From Octopus bimaculoides (lineage: Eukaryota): a stretch of DNA of 64,000 bases. Shown piece after piece: positions 1 through 13,366 of this stretch. The position numbers and the translations under genes were made by a program. Each line of letters begins with the position of its first letter. Within the stretch, counting starts at the first letter, position 1. Under the pieces are notes generated by a model, which saw only the letters and a list, made by a program, of their open reading frames with translations, did no database searches and was not told where the DNA came from. The stretch is taken from NCBI RefSeq assembly GCF_001194135.2, contig NC_068996.1, positions 37,816,095-37,880,094 on the forward strand, read 5' to 3'.

Positions 1-55
1 TCAAAACTTTTAATCAGTGTTTTGTGTACAAATGTAAATTTCTGTGAATACCTAC

Positions 56-340
56 ATCTTTTATCTTACTTATATCAGTCACTGGACTGTGGCCATACTG
101 GAGTACCATCTTCAAAGATTTTAGTCAAACAAATCAACCCTAGTACTCATTTATTAAACCTGGGACTTATTCTATCAATCTCTTTTACTGAACCACTAAG
201 TTATAAGGACAGAGACAAACCAACACCAGTTGTCAAGTGGTGGTGAGAGACAAACACAGACACACATACACACACTCACACACATATATATGCAGGGACT
301 TCTTTCAGTATCCATCTACCAAATCTATCCACAAGGCTTT
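56..340 (-). mobile_element. Degenerate SINE family A copy (3' part)
   Basis: Reverse complement matches the recurrent ...ccagcatggcc.cagtc..atgactga... tail and agtggatttggtag..gaaactgaaaga core seen in >10 other copies in the window. Confidence 0.7.
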
Positions 341-529
341 ATACAATATTAAAAAGCTTTTAAAATCATACAGATTTTTATTTTCTACATTTGCATATTT
401 GATGTTAAAATGTATTTTTAGTTTACTGAAAACATGGCATCATTCACAATCATTTCTCCATAATCACTCTCTTTTCCCCACACTTTGTTGAGGAGTTGAA
501 TTTTTCATTCACAATAACTGTGGATTGGA

Positions 530-905
530 GTTATTATCATCATCCTTGCACATGTTCAGTCCACTGCTGGAAGAATGCCTCAGTATATTCTTTCCACCAA
601 CCAAAGACTAATGTTTTCCTCATCCATATTTAGGTGCTGAAGAATTTAACTAAGTCTTCATTCCAACTTCTGCATGGTCTTCCTCTCCTTTTTTCTGAAC
701 TTGGTGTCCACTCTGTCAATTTGCTATTCCATCTATTATCCTCTCTTCTAGACACATATCCCACAAAGAACATTTCAGAATTTTTATTTTCCAGATAATA
801 TCCATTAAACCTGTTGCCACTCTTATCCTGTTGTTTCTCTTCTTATCAATTTTGTTAATCTTCAACATTCCCCTTTCCATGGCTCTTAGAGTTGCTTTTC
901 ATTTA
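530..905 (-). mobile_element. RTE-clade LINE 3' fragment, frameshifted
   Basis: Minus strand reads KATLRAMERGMLKINKIDKKRNNRIRVATGLMDII and further decayed frames, resembling the RTE ORF C-terminus (AQRAMER.ML...RN..IR..T...DI); ends in a GATGATGATAATAA tail. Confidence 0.6.
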
Positions 906-1281
906 TTTTCTAGCAGTGATCCCGCTCAGATGGTGCTGTTAGCGCTCCACTGGCACAGGTGCCAGTCATCGAATTTGGTTCAGTTTTGATCTTACTTGCC
1001 CCAACAGGTCTTCGCAAGCTGAGTTTAGTGTCCAATGAAGGAAGGTTGGCATGGGTGTCAGTCGTCGAATTTGTTTCAATTTCAATTTCGATTTCACTTG
1101 CTTTCGATTTCACTTGCCAATAACTTATTTGATCACTGAATATTTCATTAGTGATTGATTTACATACTAAGTCAGCAGGTCATAAGTGGAGTAACTAGTT
1201 TCAATACCTTCTTCCCACACTCAGCTCCATGCAAACATAATAATTGTCTGGCAGTTATTAAAATGTTGGATTCATTTTAAT

Positions 1282-1494
1282 CAGTGGTTCCCAACCTTTT
1301 CACTATCAAGGACCCCTTTTATTTATATGAGTTTTCCCACAGACACCTTTTATTATATATTTTTTTCTTTCTTTTCTTTTACTTGCTTCAGTCATTTGAC
1401 TGCAGTCATGCTGGAGCACCACTAAGTTACAAGGACATAAACACACCAGCATTGGTTGTCAAGCAATGTTGGGGGGACAAACACAGACACACAA

Positions 1495-1590
<96 letters not shown>

Positions 1591-1854
1591 TATATACGAC
1601 GGGCTTCTTTCAGTTTCCATCTACCAAATCCACTCACAAGGCTTTGGTCGGCCCGAGGCAATAGTAGAAGACACTTGCCCAAGGTGCCACGCAATGGGAC
1701 TGAACCCGGAACTATGTGGTTGGTAAGCAAGCTACTTACCACACAGCCACTCCCGATATATATATATATGAAATTTTGAATTTAGTTCACGGATCCTCCA
1801 GTACTACCTTTGTGGACCCCTGGTGGTCCACAATCCATATGTTGGGAACCACTG
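1282..1854. mobile_element. hAT-type MITE containing a nested SINE
   Basis: Perfect 14-bp TIR CAGTGGTTCCCAAC / GTTGGGAACCACTG; identical 8-bp TSD ATTTTAAT at 1274-1281 and 1855-1862. Confidence 0.85.
1372..1755 (-). mobile_element. SINE family A (tRNA-like head, central (CA)/(TA) microsatellite), internally deleted
   Basis: Reverse complement gives ggagtggctgtgtggtaagtagcttgcttaccaaccac..., matching the + copies at 10800 and 33622. Confidence 0.85.
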
Positions 1855-1958
1855 ATTTTAATGATTAAGACTCTCTCCCCAATGCACACTTCTTATCAAT
1901 GAAAATCATGCCTATATCCATGCTAATGCAATCATTTTTTTGCATTTTGTTTCAACAG

Positions 1959-2051
1959 AGTGGAGGGGCTGGTACAGAAAAAAGTGACAGTGCTGGTCAA
2001 GACACTGAGTCCCAACTAGAAGAACTGAAACAGAATATGAGAAGGGCTGAA
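1959..2051 (+). CDS. FCHSD2: FCHSD2/Nwk-like exon (coiled coil after F-BAR): SGGAGTEKSDSAGQDTESQLEELKQNMRRAE
   Basis: ttttgtttcaacAG acceptor, GTAAGT donor, 93 nt phase 0-0; joins the next exon to give RRAE-TAKMKAEARIELL, like FCHSD2 RKAE..KLKAEARLDLL (recalled sequence). Confidence 0.88.
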
Positions 2052-2974
2052 GTAAGTATTTTAAGTTTATGGTAGAGCAAAGCTGCATACTTACTGTAAC
2101 TGTTAGTTTTTTAAACATATTGTATTTAGTTGTGTATAATGCAAGAAATTTAATACAAGATATCAGGATCCATATTGTGTTGTAGCATTATACTTGAATA
2201 TAGAAAATGGAAAAAAAACATGAAATATATATCTGACTTTTAGGTATAAAAAGTAGTAGTTTGATTATATTAGACATCTCATTTTACCAAAGGAAATATG
2301 GTTTATCATTTTTAACTTATGTCTTTGCAAAAATTAGGAATAAGAATGCAATTTATGTTCTAGTTTAATTTATTTAACATCGACCATATTGCTGAAGTTT
2401 TACTTCAGAAATATTTCCTTGTTATCAGAGAACAAAGATATAAAGTGATTGAAAATAAACTGGGAAATTGCCTGTGTTATGTAAGTAAATCATTCAGAAA
2501 ATATATCTGGAAATGGTTTTGAGTATTAGAAATGGAGAGAACTCTTAGTTACAATATAACACTGTCATCAAGAAATTCTAAAAAGAACCTCATTTTCAGA
2601 GAACTGAGGAACTCTTTCCAAAGTACAACAGACAACATTTCTGTAATTAGTCTATACTTTTCAAATTATACTTCACCAGTTATTAATAATGATTTAATAA
2701 AGCCCTCCAAGTGAGTAAGGAAATAGTGTAAAGTAGGAAATTAAAAATGTTAAATTCTATCATCCACTTGTTCTTTAAAAATTAAGATGATGAACCAATG
2801 AATTAAACTCCATGTAATCTTTCATTAGCAATCAAATCTCTCTCAACCCACACTCTGCCATCTTGAAAAAGAGGACACAATCAATAATGTATTTCTATAA
2901 GATCATGGCTGAAACATCTTTCATCACTAGTCTGCTAGATCAGGGTTGACCTGATGCTAGACAAAAAGAAGCTA

Positions 2975-3305
2975 TAACAAAAATAACTGGCACTCTGTCA
3001 GTTACAATGACAAGGGTTCCAGTTGATCTGATCTATGGAACAGCCTGCTCAAGAAATTAATGTGCATGTGGCTGAGCACTCCACAGACAAATGCACCCTT
3101 AACATAGTTCCCAGAGAGATTCAGCATGATACAGAATCTGTCAAGGCAGACCTTTTTGAAATACAAGTACAATTCATTTTTGCCATCTGGGTGGACAGGA
3201 GCAACATGAAATAAAGTGTCTTGCTTAAGGACGCAACGTGCTGCCGGGAATTGAACTCACAATCATGAATCGAGTACCTTAACCAGTAAGCCATGTGATT
3301 TCACT
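2975..3305 (-). mobile_element. SINE family C copy
   Basis: Reverse complement of the element at 35925-36250 (gtggagtgctcagccac..gcacgttaatttc..gagcaggctgttcc..gatca). Confidence 0.75.
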
Positions 3306-3711
3306 ATGATAAAATTGTGAAAATAAATAAACTCAGGCTGTAACCATACGATTATTACTCTTAGCTCTGTAGGCTGTTGGGACACAGTTATAGATTCTGT
3401 CTTTTGATAGTAATTCAAGGAAGTTGTTTTCTAGTGCTTTCTCTGAGATGGTTTCAGTTTCAGCATTACAAGTCAACAGAACATTTGTTAATATTAGTGC
3501 TCCCACCTCACCCCAGTTAAACAGTTATAAACTAAAGTTTTAAAGTTTCAGCATCATTACTAGTTATATAATGCAGTTCTAATGATGTAATATGGACCTT
3601 TAACCTTTCAGCCGGTCGAGTGGCACCTGAATGATGTGACTAGTTATGATGTATAAGAATTTCATCAAATTTCAACCTTTCTAATGACTTTTCTGTGTTA
3701 ATTTGTTACAG

Positions 3712-3763
3712 ACAGCAAAAATGAAGGCTGAAGCACGAATTGAATTGCTAAGAAATATAGGAA
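3712..3763 (+). CDS. FCHSD2: FCHSD2/Nwk-like exon: TAKMKAEARIELLRNIG(I)
   Basis: atttgttacAG acceptor, GTATGT donor, 52 nt phase 0-1; KAEARIELL motif. Confidence 0.9.
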
Positions 3764-4119
3764 GTATGTTAATTAAATATTTTTACAAAAATAATCCATA
3801 TTCTATCACACCTACAGTTTAAAGTGGTTTTGTATATACATTTTAATTCATTTAAATGAATGCAAAAAAAGAAAAGAAAAAGACAGGCATAAATTATTTT
3901 ATTGATGTTTATGTGTCAGTGGAGTAATTGGAGTAATTGGAGTAATTTGTTGTAATTCTAGATGTATGCAAGCAAATAAATGGCCTTGAGTAAAAAGGAT
4001 TCTGATATAAATATGTGTATTCAAACTAGTCATAATTATTCTTTCAAGGCTAGACCAGATCTAATATCAAGTTAGTAGAGAAAGAATTAAGCAGTTTAGT
4101 TTTTATACAGACAACTTAA

Positions 4120-4390
4120 AAAGCACCCAGTCCACACTGTATAGTGGTTGGCATTTGGAAGGACATCCAGCTGTAAAAATCATGCCAAAACTGACCTCGC
4201 CTGTGCGAGTGCCCCGTAAAAAGCACTCAGCCCACTCTACTGAGTGGTTGGTGTTAGGAAGAGCATCCAGCCATAAAAACCATGCTTAAACAGATGCAGA
4301 AGCATGTTGCAGGCTCTTGCCTGGCCAGCTCCTGTCAAACCATCCAACTTATGCTAGCATTGAAGGAGGACATTAAACGATGATGATCAA
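4120..4390 (+). mobile_element. Dispersed repeat family D with RTE-like GATGAT tail
   Basis: agtggttggc.ttaggaagg.catccagc motif twice, tail gacattaaacgatgatgat; related minus-strand copies near 8850-9190, 17950-18360 and 26630-26830. Confidence 0.6.
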
Positions 4391-5467
4391 TAATAACTCA
4401 CAGATTAATTGTCTAATATATCTGGTTGGCTAAACAAACATATGTAACAACAGTGAAACTAAAATGCTGTCTGCATGAAATCACTATAAATTCTTAGTTT
4501 TTGTGGTAGTGTTCAATAAGATATGAAATTTTACAACATACTCTGTTATGCTGCAATAATCAAATGTAAAAATTTCATTTCAAAGAATAAATAATATTCT
4601 TTTTCATCTCTAGAAAATTATCAGTTGTCTAGTTTTTATTAGGTTGTCATAGTTAGGAGTTCATTGAGGTTATTTTAGGATCATTTTCTAAGTATGCTAT
4701 TTTGAGAAATATTTTATCAACAATAACATTATTAATAAAACAGGAGCAATTTGTAAGATAAGGATAGACAGAAAGAGAAGTGAAATAGCTAAGAAGATAA
4801 AAAAAAATAATGTAATATGCATGGGTTGGTAGCATGTACCATACTTTCACTGATTGTTTTGGGAGCCTATGTAGTCATGAGTAGACATAACACCCTCTTA
4901 GCCTTTTTACTCTTGACCCAACAGAACATCCAGGGTATGAATGTTGGAGAAAGGGAAAGCTGCACCAAAACTTAGCTGATATTTTTTATAGCTGAGTAGA
5001 CATGAACAGCTTGAAATGTAGTGCATTGCTTGAGAAACAACATGTCACCTGCTCCAGGAGTACTCTCAGAACTAAAAGGAAAAACCCTAAGCCTCCTATT
5101 CTTTATTCAGCCTAAATAAAAAATATATATATTTGGGTGAATCCAAAACAGTTACAAATAATACAAAGACTGGTATGTCTTCAAATTTTTCTTTTAATTT
5201 TAGCAATTAATTATACTGTTAAAGTTGAAAGAAAAATTTGAAGATGTACCAGTCTCTGTATTCTTTGTAATTATTTGGGATTTTCCTGAAAATATTCATA
5301 ATCCAGCAAAGTGAACCTGGATTTATCCATCAGAAGAATTACAATAGGATTGTTCACCCTAAGCAATTCTTGATGCTTCTTACTACTTGATGTGGTTAGC
5401 CAGAACCTAGACTGTACCTGAGAACTTTTATGGTACCTGCCTGTATAATTAATCCCTATATACTCAT

Positions 5468-5523
<56 letters not shown>

Positions 5524-6089
5524 TGAGTGGGCACAAGAAAGAGGCACTCAGCACATTAGTAGTAGTTACATATGTTTTTATTTAAAACAGTTTGATTCGG
5601 GCCCCATGCAACTTAAATTTTTGTGGGCTCGGGTGGCCAAATGGGGAAATGCAGAAAGTTCAAGGTTGCTACTGGAAACTGGGCTGTTATCAGTCAAGGC
5701 AGATCACATGGGGTTGTTGGAAATATTTCCAACAACAATAGCCATCTTGGACTTCAAGTTCTTAACCTATAATATTGCCTGCATTTAATTGATGTTAATA
5801 ATTAATAATATTGCCATTTGTTTAAAATTAGTTATCTTTACTTACATGAAAGATTAGTTTTAAAATTTAGTAATTTAGTTAAGACATTAATTAAACCATC
5901 AGTTGTTTTAATGTATTGCTTATCATTAAGTTTTCTTATGTTTTAAAAAAAAAACTGGAAAATGTTACTTTTGAGAACAGTATTAAAAAGTCATTATTTA
6001 TTTTATATATCAAGAATTTCTTATTTCTAGAGTTATGCTTTCAACTAATGTATTTATATTTATTTTTCCCTTGCTTCACTCTACAAAAG

Positions 6090-6202
6090 TTAATGTTGAT
6101 GAATGGCTTACCAATGCACAAATAGATAGTCTTGCTGCGGAACCAGATGCTGTTTCTCGTACACCTAGTCAAGCATCGGTAAGAACTGAAAGTTCCAGTG
6201 GA
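6090..6202 (+). CDS. FCHSD2: FCHSD2/Nwk-like exon: (I)NVDEWLTNAQIDSLAAEPDAVSRTPSQASVRTESSSG
   Basis: Pyrimidine tract plus AAAG acceptor, GTAAGT donor, 113 nt phase 1-0; V-D-E-W-L corresponds to FCHSD2 VDTWL. Confidence 0.88.
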
Positions 6203-7647
6203 GTAAGTAATTTAACCTTGCATTTTGATGGAGTTTTGTGGCTGTAGTTGTAGCTTTTATTATCAGTTTCATAAAAGCCCCACAAAAATTATATATAATA
6301 CATTCAAGTATCTCAAAAGGGAATAGATAAGAATAGGTATTATTGAATTTAAGGTTCTCAAATTTTGTAATTCTTCATTAAGATAAACAAAAAAATAACT
6401 ATCTCTCAGTGGTTTAGTTGCATTGCATTATTTCTTTGACTATGCCAAAGAGAAAAAAGAAAATTCTAAAAACAAAACAGCCTAATAAAACTAAGTTTAG
6501 TTTTATAAACACATACATACAGCCAAATATAATACACACTTGTATAACAATAAGACAATACATATCTAAGTGTAGTCAAGATGGTGCCCCAGCATGGTCA
6601 CAGCCAAATGACTGAAACAAGTAAATACATATGTACGTATGTATGAAGATGATTATCACTGCAGTTAGTATACACAGAATTTTTTTGCCTGAATTTTAAT
6701 CCCCGGTCATTTGTGCATCTTTCTCCTATTCTACAATCCCCTTTCCTGAATTCAGTGCTATTCATTTTCCTTCTATCTAAAAGCTTAACTATAAAACAAG
6801 GAAAAAAATTCTGGATAGATGTTTGCTTTCCCTTGACTGTTTTCTACAAGTCTCCCAAACTTCCAAGTCTTGAATCTTATAATTCTTTTTTTCATTTCAT
6901 TGAATGATATAAGATAATAAATCAAATCATAAAATACAAAAGCATTCTTTTAATTTACATCAAATATGGATATTTCAATATTTAAATAGAAAGATAATAA
7001 AAACCACTTAACAATGCAAAAGTTAGAGAGAAAAAATTAAATTTTCACAAGCCTCATCAACCAGTGTCTCATCGTTTGTAAGATTTAGGGTTAATAGTCT
7101 GCAAGAGCCACTTTGAAGCAGACATAGTTCATTTGAATCTGAGTTGATTGGAACAACATGAAATGAAATACTTTGCCTAAAGTTACAATGCATCAGAAAC
7201 AGAACACACAACATTATTATCATGGGTCCAGCAGTCTAAACACAAAACCATGCTCCTTCACAACCACAAGATTAAGGTTTTGGTAAGCTGAAATACTGGA
7301 TTAATCTATTTTCTCTAACTTTGTGTTAAGAGGCTTTTATTCTCTGCAATTGTATGACTTTTCTATCTGTAATATCTCGCATCTGTCCGACTTTAAACTC
7401 TTGCATTTCATTTCGTTATCATATAAGGCTGTTAAAATTGCATATCTGCATTTCTTTTGTTTGCTAATTGATAATGAGAATGATGGAAACGTATCCTTCT
7501 ATGTCTAAGATATCTCCAAACTTTGTCTTTAATTAATTTTCTTATTCTGCTGGTAAACAGAATAATACATTTCCAAAATGCTCTATGCTTGTTTGATGTG
7601 TATGATGAAATTGTTTGATGAATTTCCCCATGCCCATTTGTACACAG

Positions 7648-7893
7648 CCGACAGAAGAACCTGAAGCTACATATACACACTTTGATGATGACGATGACTA
7701 TGTAGAAGAAGTTGCAGAAATAGAACAAGTTTCCATGAGCCCAGCTATCCAAAGTTCCTCATCCTCCAGACAATATCCAATTTATGCTCAAGCTTTATAT
7801 ACATTCCAAGCCACAAACTCTGATGAGCTTGGTCTGGAGGAAAATGAAAATATTGAAGTGATAGGAGATGGTGATGGTGATGGCTGGGTACAG
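7648..7893 (+). CDS. FCHSD2: FCHSD2/Nwk-like exon: acidic linker and N-terminal part of SH3a (AQALYTFQATNSDELGLEENENIEVIGDGDGDGWVQ)
   Basis: tacacAG acceptor, CAG|GTAAGC donor, 246 nt phase 0-0; ALY.F....DEL......I.V...GDGDGW is the SH3a signature of the family. Confidence 0.93.
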
Positions 7894-8094
7894 GTAAGCA
7901 TTTGGTAAGAACACTTTAGTGGTCACCTTGGTGGTAAAATATGCCTGGTTCACTACATAAATAAAACTACTGGAATCACAAGAAACACAAAAGTGACAGC
8001 CATGCATAGGGTAAACACCAGTCAAAATATCTTTCTAATTAGCTGCATAAAAGGTTTCATTATAAATTCAAAATTCCTACAATTTATTGATTTC

Positions 8095-8305
8095 AAATTT
8101 CGGCACAAGGCCAACAACTTTGGGGCAGAGGGTAAGGCAATTACAACGACCCCTGTGTCCAAATGGTACTTATTTTATTTTCCCCAAAAGGATAAAAGGC
8201 AAAGTCAACCTTGACAGCATTTGAACTCAGAATGTAATGATGAATGAAATGTCATTAAGCATTTTGCCTGATAGGCTAATGATTCTGCCAGCTTACCACG
8301 TTATT
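8095..8305 (-). mobile_element. SINE family B copy
   Basis: Reverse complement of gtcgactttgcctttcatcctttcggggtcgataaa.taagtacc core. Confidence 0.75.
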
Positions 8306-10799
8306 TCCTTCAATATATTAACAACAGCTATTAAATAACACTCAGAAAAATATTTCTTAGTATTTTCAAATTTTTATTCTTGTTACACAAATTAAATTTA
8401 AAAAAAAAAAAGGTCTTTAATCTGGTCCCTACTCACATGATTTTAGTAGTTCTTAAAGTTCTTAAAGTAGTTAGCATCACCAAGTTGTTTTATCTTTCCC
8501 TAATTATCTTCTCTTTAACCACATATTCAGATGGGGAGCAGGAGATATTAAGAACCTATGAAGTAGTAGTAGTAGTGGTGGTATTACTACTACCATTTCT
8601 CAGCTCTGCTATAGTATAAGTTACATTGGGAAGGAGATTTCATTATCTTTCATATTTTATTGGAAAGCAAAAAGGATAGTATCGAAGTATTTCTAGAAAG
8701 CCAACTATATCTCAGGTCATTCATAAACACTGGTATACAGTATTTGTACTCAACTGCAACTGCAATTTTTCTATAATAATGTAACATTCTAAACTATACC
8801 TTCTTCTACTGGCCCTACTAAATACAATAATCATCATCACCATTGTCAACATCCTCATTTAACATGTTTTTCTATGGGTTGGAAGGGTCTCACAACATCT
8901 GACCACTCTTTATGATTTGTCACGCATGTACAATGACAGAGTAAAATCAGCCATCTTTATTGCTAAGTGAAGATGGTTCTTGTGGCCAAATGCGTTTCCT
9001 ATCACTAAGCATGTTTTTGTGTAGACTTGGTGCATTTTATTATGCAACCAGTCCACATTTTACCAGACATTAAGCTCTAGACAGGGAGGCAGGTTCTTTT
9101 TAACAACACTAAAGAATCCAATCTACCCTGTTACATTATCATCAGTTTTTACCTTGCAGTCCTCAACATTATGCAGCAGCTTGCAGAACTAAAAGTACAA
9201 AGTACTATCAGTATTAGTTTGTTTTTTCTCCCTTTTCATTTTTATGACTTAGTCAGAAAAGGAAGAATAGTACCTCTGACCTTTTTCATGACATCCAAGA
9301 ATGGTGAGAGGAAAGGTTGATATTGTATACAAAATGAAGATCTGACCCCAATGCTTACAAGAAAATTAGACTCAGTTGAAGGTATCTAAGCACCAGGGAT
9401 GCTTAGTGTATCACTCAAAAATCTATCTTGCATATATTTTTTAAGTAATCTCATCTGTCTCCCAAATCAAACAAAGAACTATTTGAACACTTAGTGAGAC
9501 TCCTCTATTATATTCCATACAGCCAAGTAAGTAGTTAGTGTAAAACTTGAAGAAATTTATTATAGATTATTATTAAATTCATGAATTAACACTCATATCT
9601 TGGCTAGTACTTTCCAACATCAAACCAATAAACATGTTACATTCCAAGAATGAAATCCTATTGGAGTTTTGTTATTTTCAAATCTCTAATTCTTTTCAAA
9701 GGATTTTATTTATATTAAAAACATTTAAGCAAACATTGATAGAAATGAAAAGGAAAGATAACTTGAAAGCCATTAAGATTTTGATTTTAACCCCATACAT
9801 AACAACTTACCTGAGACCACTGTTGCTAAAATATCCATATTTAAATCAAAATGTCGATTGAAAATCTCATTGTAAAATAAAAAATATAATATTCCAGTTC
9901 GTCGACAACATTGCATACCAATATATAAAGTTATATATTCTACTAAACCCCTCCAAAATCTTGATTATGTTGAAAATTAACTTAAATAAATGAACATATT
10001 TATATAAGCTACTCATTAAAAATATAATCATGACAGAGAATATTGTTGATGTGTGGTTTTAGGGTAAGCATTTGTTGGTGTTGTTGCTACTGCTGTTCAA
10101 CTCTGATTGGGCACAAAAATCAAATCAAAGAATCATATAATCAACATTCTTATCCGACCCATTCCATCATTATAGCTGACATTCAAATGTAAAATTCTTA
10201 GATCTACAGCTTAAAATACTTAGTCCACATTTCAATGATAATAGAGTTTGTGGAAACATGGTTGCTATATTGAACGATTACATGGGACACCCCTCATTTG
10301 CTTTTTGGAAAATGGTAAATTTAAGTGATAAGAAACACAAACTAATAATTGATGGTTGTTGTTTAACCCAAGATGAGTTCTGAATGAGCAAAGCCATGAA
10401 TATCTTGTCTTTATTTCAAGCAGTTTTTCTAGATTTATGATGTCCATTTCTGAAATAATAGGTTATGATGTAGTGAACAACTGTGTTGAAGCTACCTTCT
10501 TGGCAACTGATGGTAACTGGTGTAAGAAGAAAATTATTAATATCAAAGTCCACCTCTGTGAATTTAAACTGACCCAACAAATTATTATGTATTTTAAAGT
10601 ATAACATGAAAAGGTTAAGTAAGTAATGTCCTTTCTTTCCTGGAACTGCAACACTCTGGAATTCTCTCTACATTCATGCTTTTACTGAAAACATTATAAT
10701 CTAAAAATCTTCAAGCTAAACATCAACTTCACCAGCCTGATGGAGGAGTGACATTGTACTATCTTCCCTGACTAACTTATAAAAAGATTTTTAAAAATT

Positions 10800-11205
10800 A
10801 GGAGTGGTTGTGTGGTAAGTAGCTTGCTTACGAACCACATGGTTCCGGGTTCAGTCCCACAGCGTGGCACCTTGGGCAAGTGTCTTCTACTATAGCCTTG
10901 GGCTGACCAAAGCCTTGTAAGTAGATTTGGTAGATGAAAACTGAAAGAAGCCTGTCGTATATATATATAGATATATATATTTATATGTGTGTGTGTGTAT
11001 TTTGTGTGTCTGTGGTTGTCCCCCCAACATCACTTGACAACCAATGCTGGTGTGTTTACGTCCCCATAACTTAACAATTCGGCAAAAGAGACCGATAGAA
11101 TAAGTACTAGGCTTACAAAGAATAAGTTCTGGGGTCGATTTGCTCAACTAAAGGCGGTGCTCCAGCATGGCCACAGTCAGATGACTGAATCAAGTAAAAG
11201 AGTAT
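10800..11205 (+). mobile_element. SINE family A, near full length
   Basis: tRNA-like head with A box (TGGTTGTGTGG) and B box (GGTTCAGTCCC), microsatellite middle, gtaaaagagta tail. Confidence 0.9.
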
Positions 11206-11929
11206 TAAGGTATAAGAAGTAGGAGTTGTAAAATGATAACAATAGTGATACTATATACATCTGTGTTCTGTTTATAGATAAATTTTTATTACATGAGGAC
11301 ATCAAAATGGAAATTAAATTTATATTTTATGTATTAGTTATACATGTAGATAAGTCGCAGATTTTTTACTCAAGAAAACAAGCACGAAAAACTGCATTCA
11401 TCTTGTCTACTGAACTTTGTTCTGGTCTTGGAATTTACAGCCCACACTAACCCACACTGATATGCCCCCACATACAACATGTGCATATGTAAAGGATACA
11501 TTGTGTAACATTGTTCTAATGCCAGTAAAAGAAAAAAATCCAAGAGTGGAATCTTTTTGATCATATGTCTACTGGATCAAGACTGAGTTGGAGCTAAACA
11601 AAAGCAAAAAAACACTTATCTAAATCAAAAGAAATTAAAGAAGTTAGCACCAAGCAATACAGTATCAGCTATTCTCATCAACTCCTGCAACTTGTACTGC
11701 TAGCAGCATTAGAAAGGACTGTGCTGCCAAAGCACCTGAAACAATGAAATCTTCTCTTGTCTAGAGGCTGATGGAGATGAAGAATAGTTTTGTGTGTCTT
11801 GTAGGTTTTATGATAATGCATGTGTGTATGTATGTATTTATGTATTGGATGGTGCTGATACTGCTCACATAGAACTTAGACTGATTTCTATTGAGTCATG
11901 AACCAACACACCCAAACCGTCCACCCATA

Positions 11930-12062
11930 GATACACCGGCTCATAACACTGCACTTTCTCTGACTACTACAGTGGCCTCTGATTCTCAGAGCTGACTGGT
12001 TTTTTACCACTTTTGCACTGTCTAAATATCTCCTGCACCTCTTACCACCCGTATTATGTCTT
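11930..12062 (+). mobile_element. Possible CR1/L2-like LINE 3' remnant
   Basis: Decayed frames CTFSDYYSGL*FSELTG and SYHPYYV resemble the CR1/L2 ORF2 C-terminal CLFYRYY.G.CSSEL...HP..V pattern; judged by eye. Confidence 0.35.
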
Positions 12063-12450
12063 GGCAGTGGGGTGAAAAGTTTGCTTCCCACATAGTTCTG
12101 GGTTCAGCCACACTATGTTGCACCTTGATCAAATGTCTTCGACTATAGCCCTGGACTGGCCAAAGCTTTGTGAATGGATTTGGTAGAAGGAAACTGAATG
12201 AAGCCCATAGTGTGTGTGTTTATATATATATGTCTTTCTTTGTGTTTGTCCCCCCATTACTATCATGCAATTGATGTTGGTTTGTTTACATCCATGTAAC
12301 TTACTAGTTTAGCATGATAAACCAGGAGAATAAGTACCAGGCTTACAAAAAAAAATAATAAGTGCTGGGATTGATTCATTTGATTAAAACTCTTTGAGAT
12401 AGTGCCCCAGCATGGCCACTGTCCAATGATTGAAACAAGTAAAAGAGAAA
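12063..12450 (+). mobile_element. SINE family A, diverged
   Basis: Same block order as 10800-11205. Confidence 0.8.
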
Positions 12451-12714
12451 AAATATATATATATAAACATTTCATGCAATCTCTATCTCATATCTTTCTT
12501 GGTATTCCTATTGAACAACATTGGATTGGATTAAATTGTCCATGTTCATCCCACTGCAGGACAAGGGCATTAGCATGTTCTCTCCACCAACCACGATCTG
12601 ATGGGAGGCCATGAATATGAGCTTGAGATCATATTGGTTTGATGAACCTGCTCTCCTATGTTTGCTCAACATAGCTTAGCAGACAGATGCAGTTTTTATA
12701 ATCATACTCAGGAG

Positions 12715-12895
12715 TAGTTAAATTGATTACATTGGCTCCAGTATTCAACTGGTACTTGTTTTATTGACCCTGAAAGGATAAAAGGCAAAGTTGACCTTGG
12801 CATAATTTGAACTCATTATGTAAGAACAGATGAAATACCATTAAGCAACTCACCTGGCATGCTAAAAATTCTGCCAATTCGACACCTATTGAACA
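12715..12895 (-). mobile_element. SINE family B copy
   Basis: actggtactt.ttttattgaccctgaaaggataaaaggcaaagttgacct core, reverse orientation. Confidence 0.75.
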
Positions 12896-13128
12896 ACATT
12901 CATTACAATAATGGAAAAATTCAGATAAGCAAACTCCTTCCTGTAGAGAAGAACACATTAATATTTCTAGTTTTCCTGAGCCTTTAATAGTCAAGGCTGC
13001 AGACCCTTTTTTTTTTTTTAATACGATATTAAAATCATTACAAATATGCGTATGTGTGTACTTGGTTAATAAAGTTATTAAAATTTTTTTCATCACCCAA
13101 TCAGAATTTAGATATATTTTTGTGAAAA

Positions 13129-13170
13129 AACATATACAGAGTTTTGTGCATTGGCACTCATCAGACTGTT
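13129..13170 (-). ncRNA. Decayed hammerhead-like motif (G12A)
   Basis: Minus strand AACAGT-CTGATGA-GTGC caat GCAC-AAAAC tct GTA-TATGTT; G12 lost at a CpG and proximal stem I mismatched. Confidence 0.3.
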
Positions 13171-13244
13171 AAACACATATATTCATGCTTTGAATTCTAT
13201 ATTCCCATTTGTATCACCAAACTCGTGGGGGGGGGGGTGTAGGT

Positions 13245-13366
13245 GGAGGCATGGCTGTATGGTAAGAAGCTTGCTTTCCAACTACATGGTTCTGGATTCG
13301 GTCCCACTCTGTGGCACCTTGGGCAAGTGTCTTCTACTATAGCCTCGGGCTGACCAAAGCCTTGTC
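13245..13366 (+). mobile_element. SINE family A 5' fragment
   Basis: gcatggctgtatggtaagaagcttgct...gaccaaagccttgt. Confidence 0.8.

Noticed and set aside
910-1113. 67-aa minus-strand ORF
   Set aside because: Shares motifs with the dispersed repeat at 18120-18350 and has no protein-like signature
10800-10870. tRNA-like A and B boxes in SINE heads
   Set aside because: No complete cloverleaf, and they continue directly into SINE bodies; not tRNA genes
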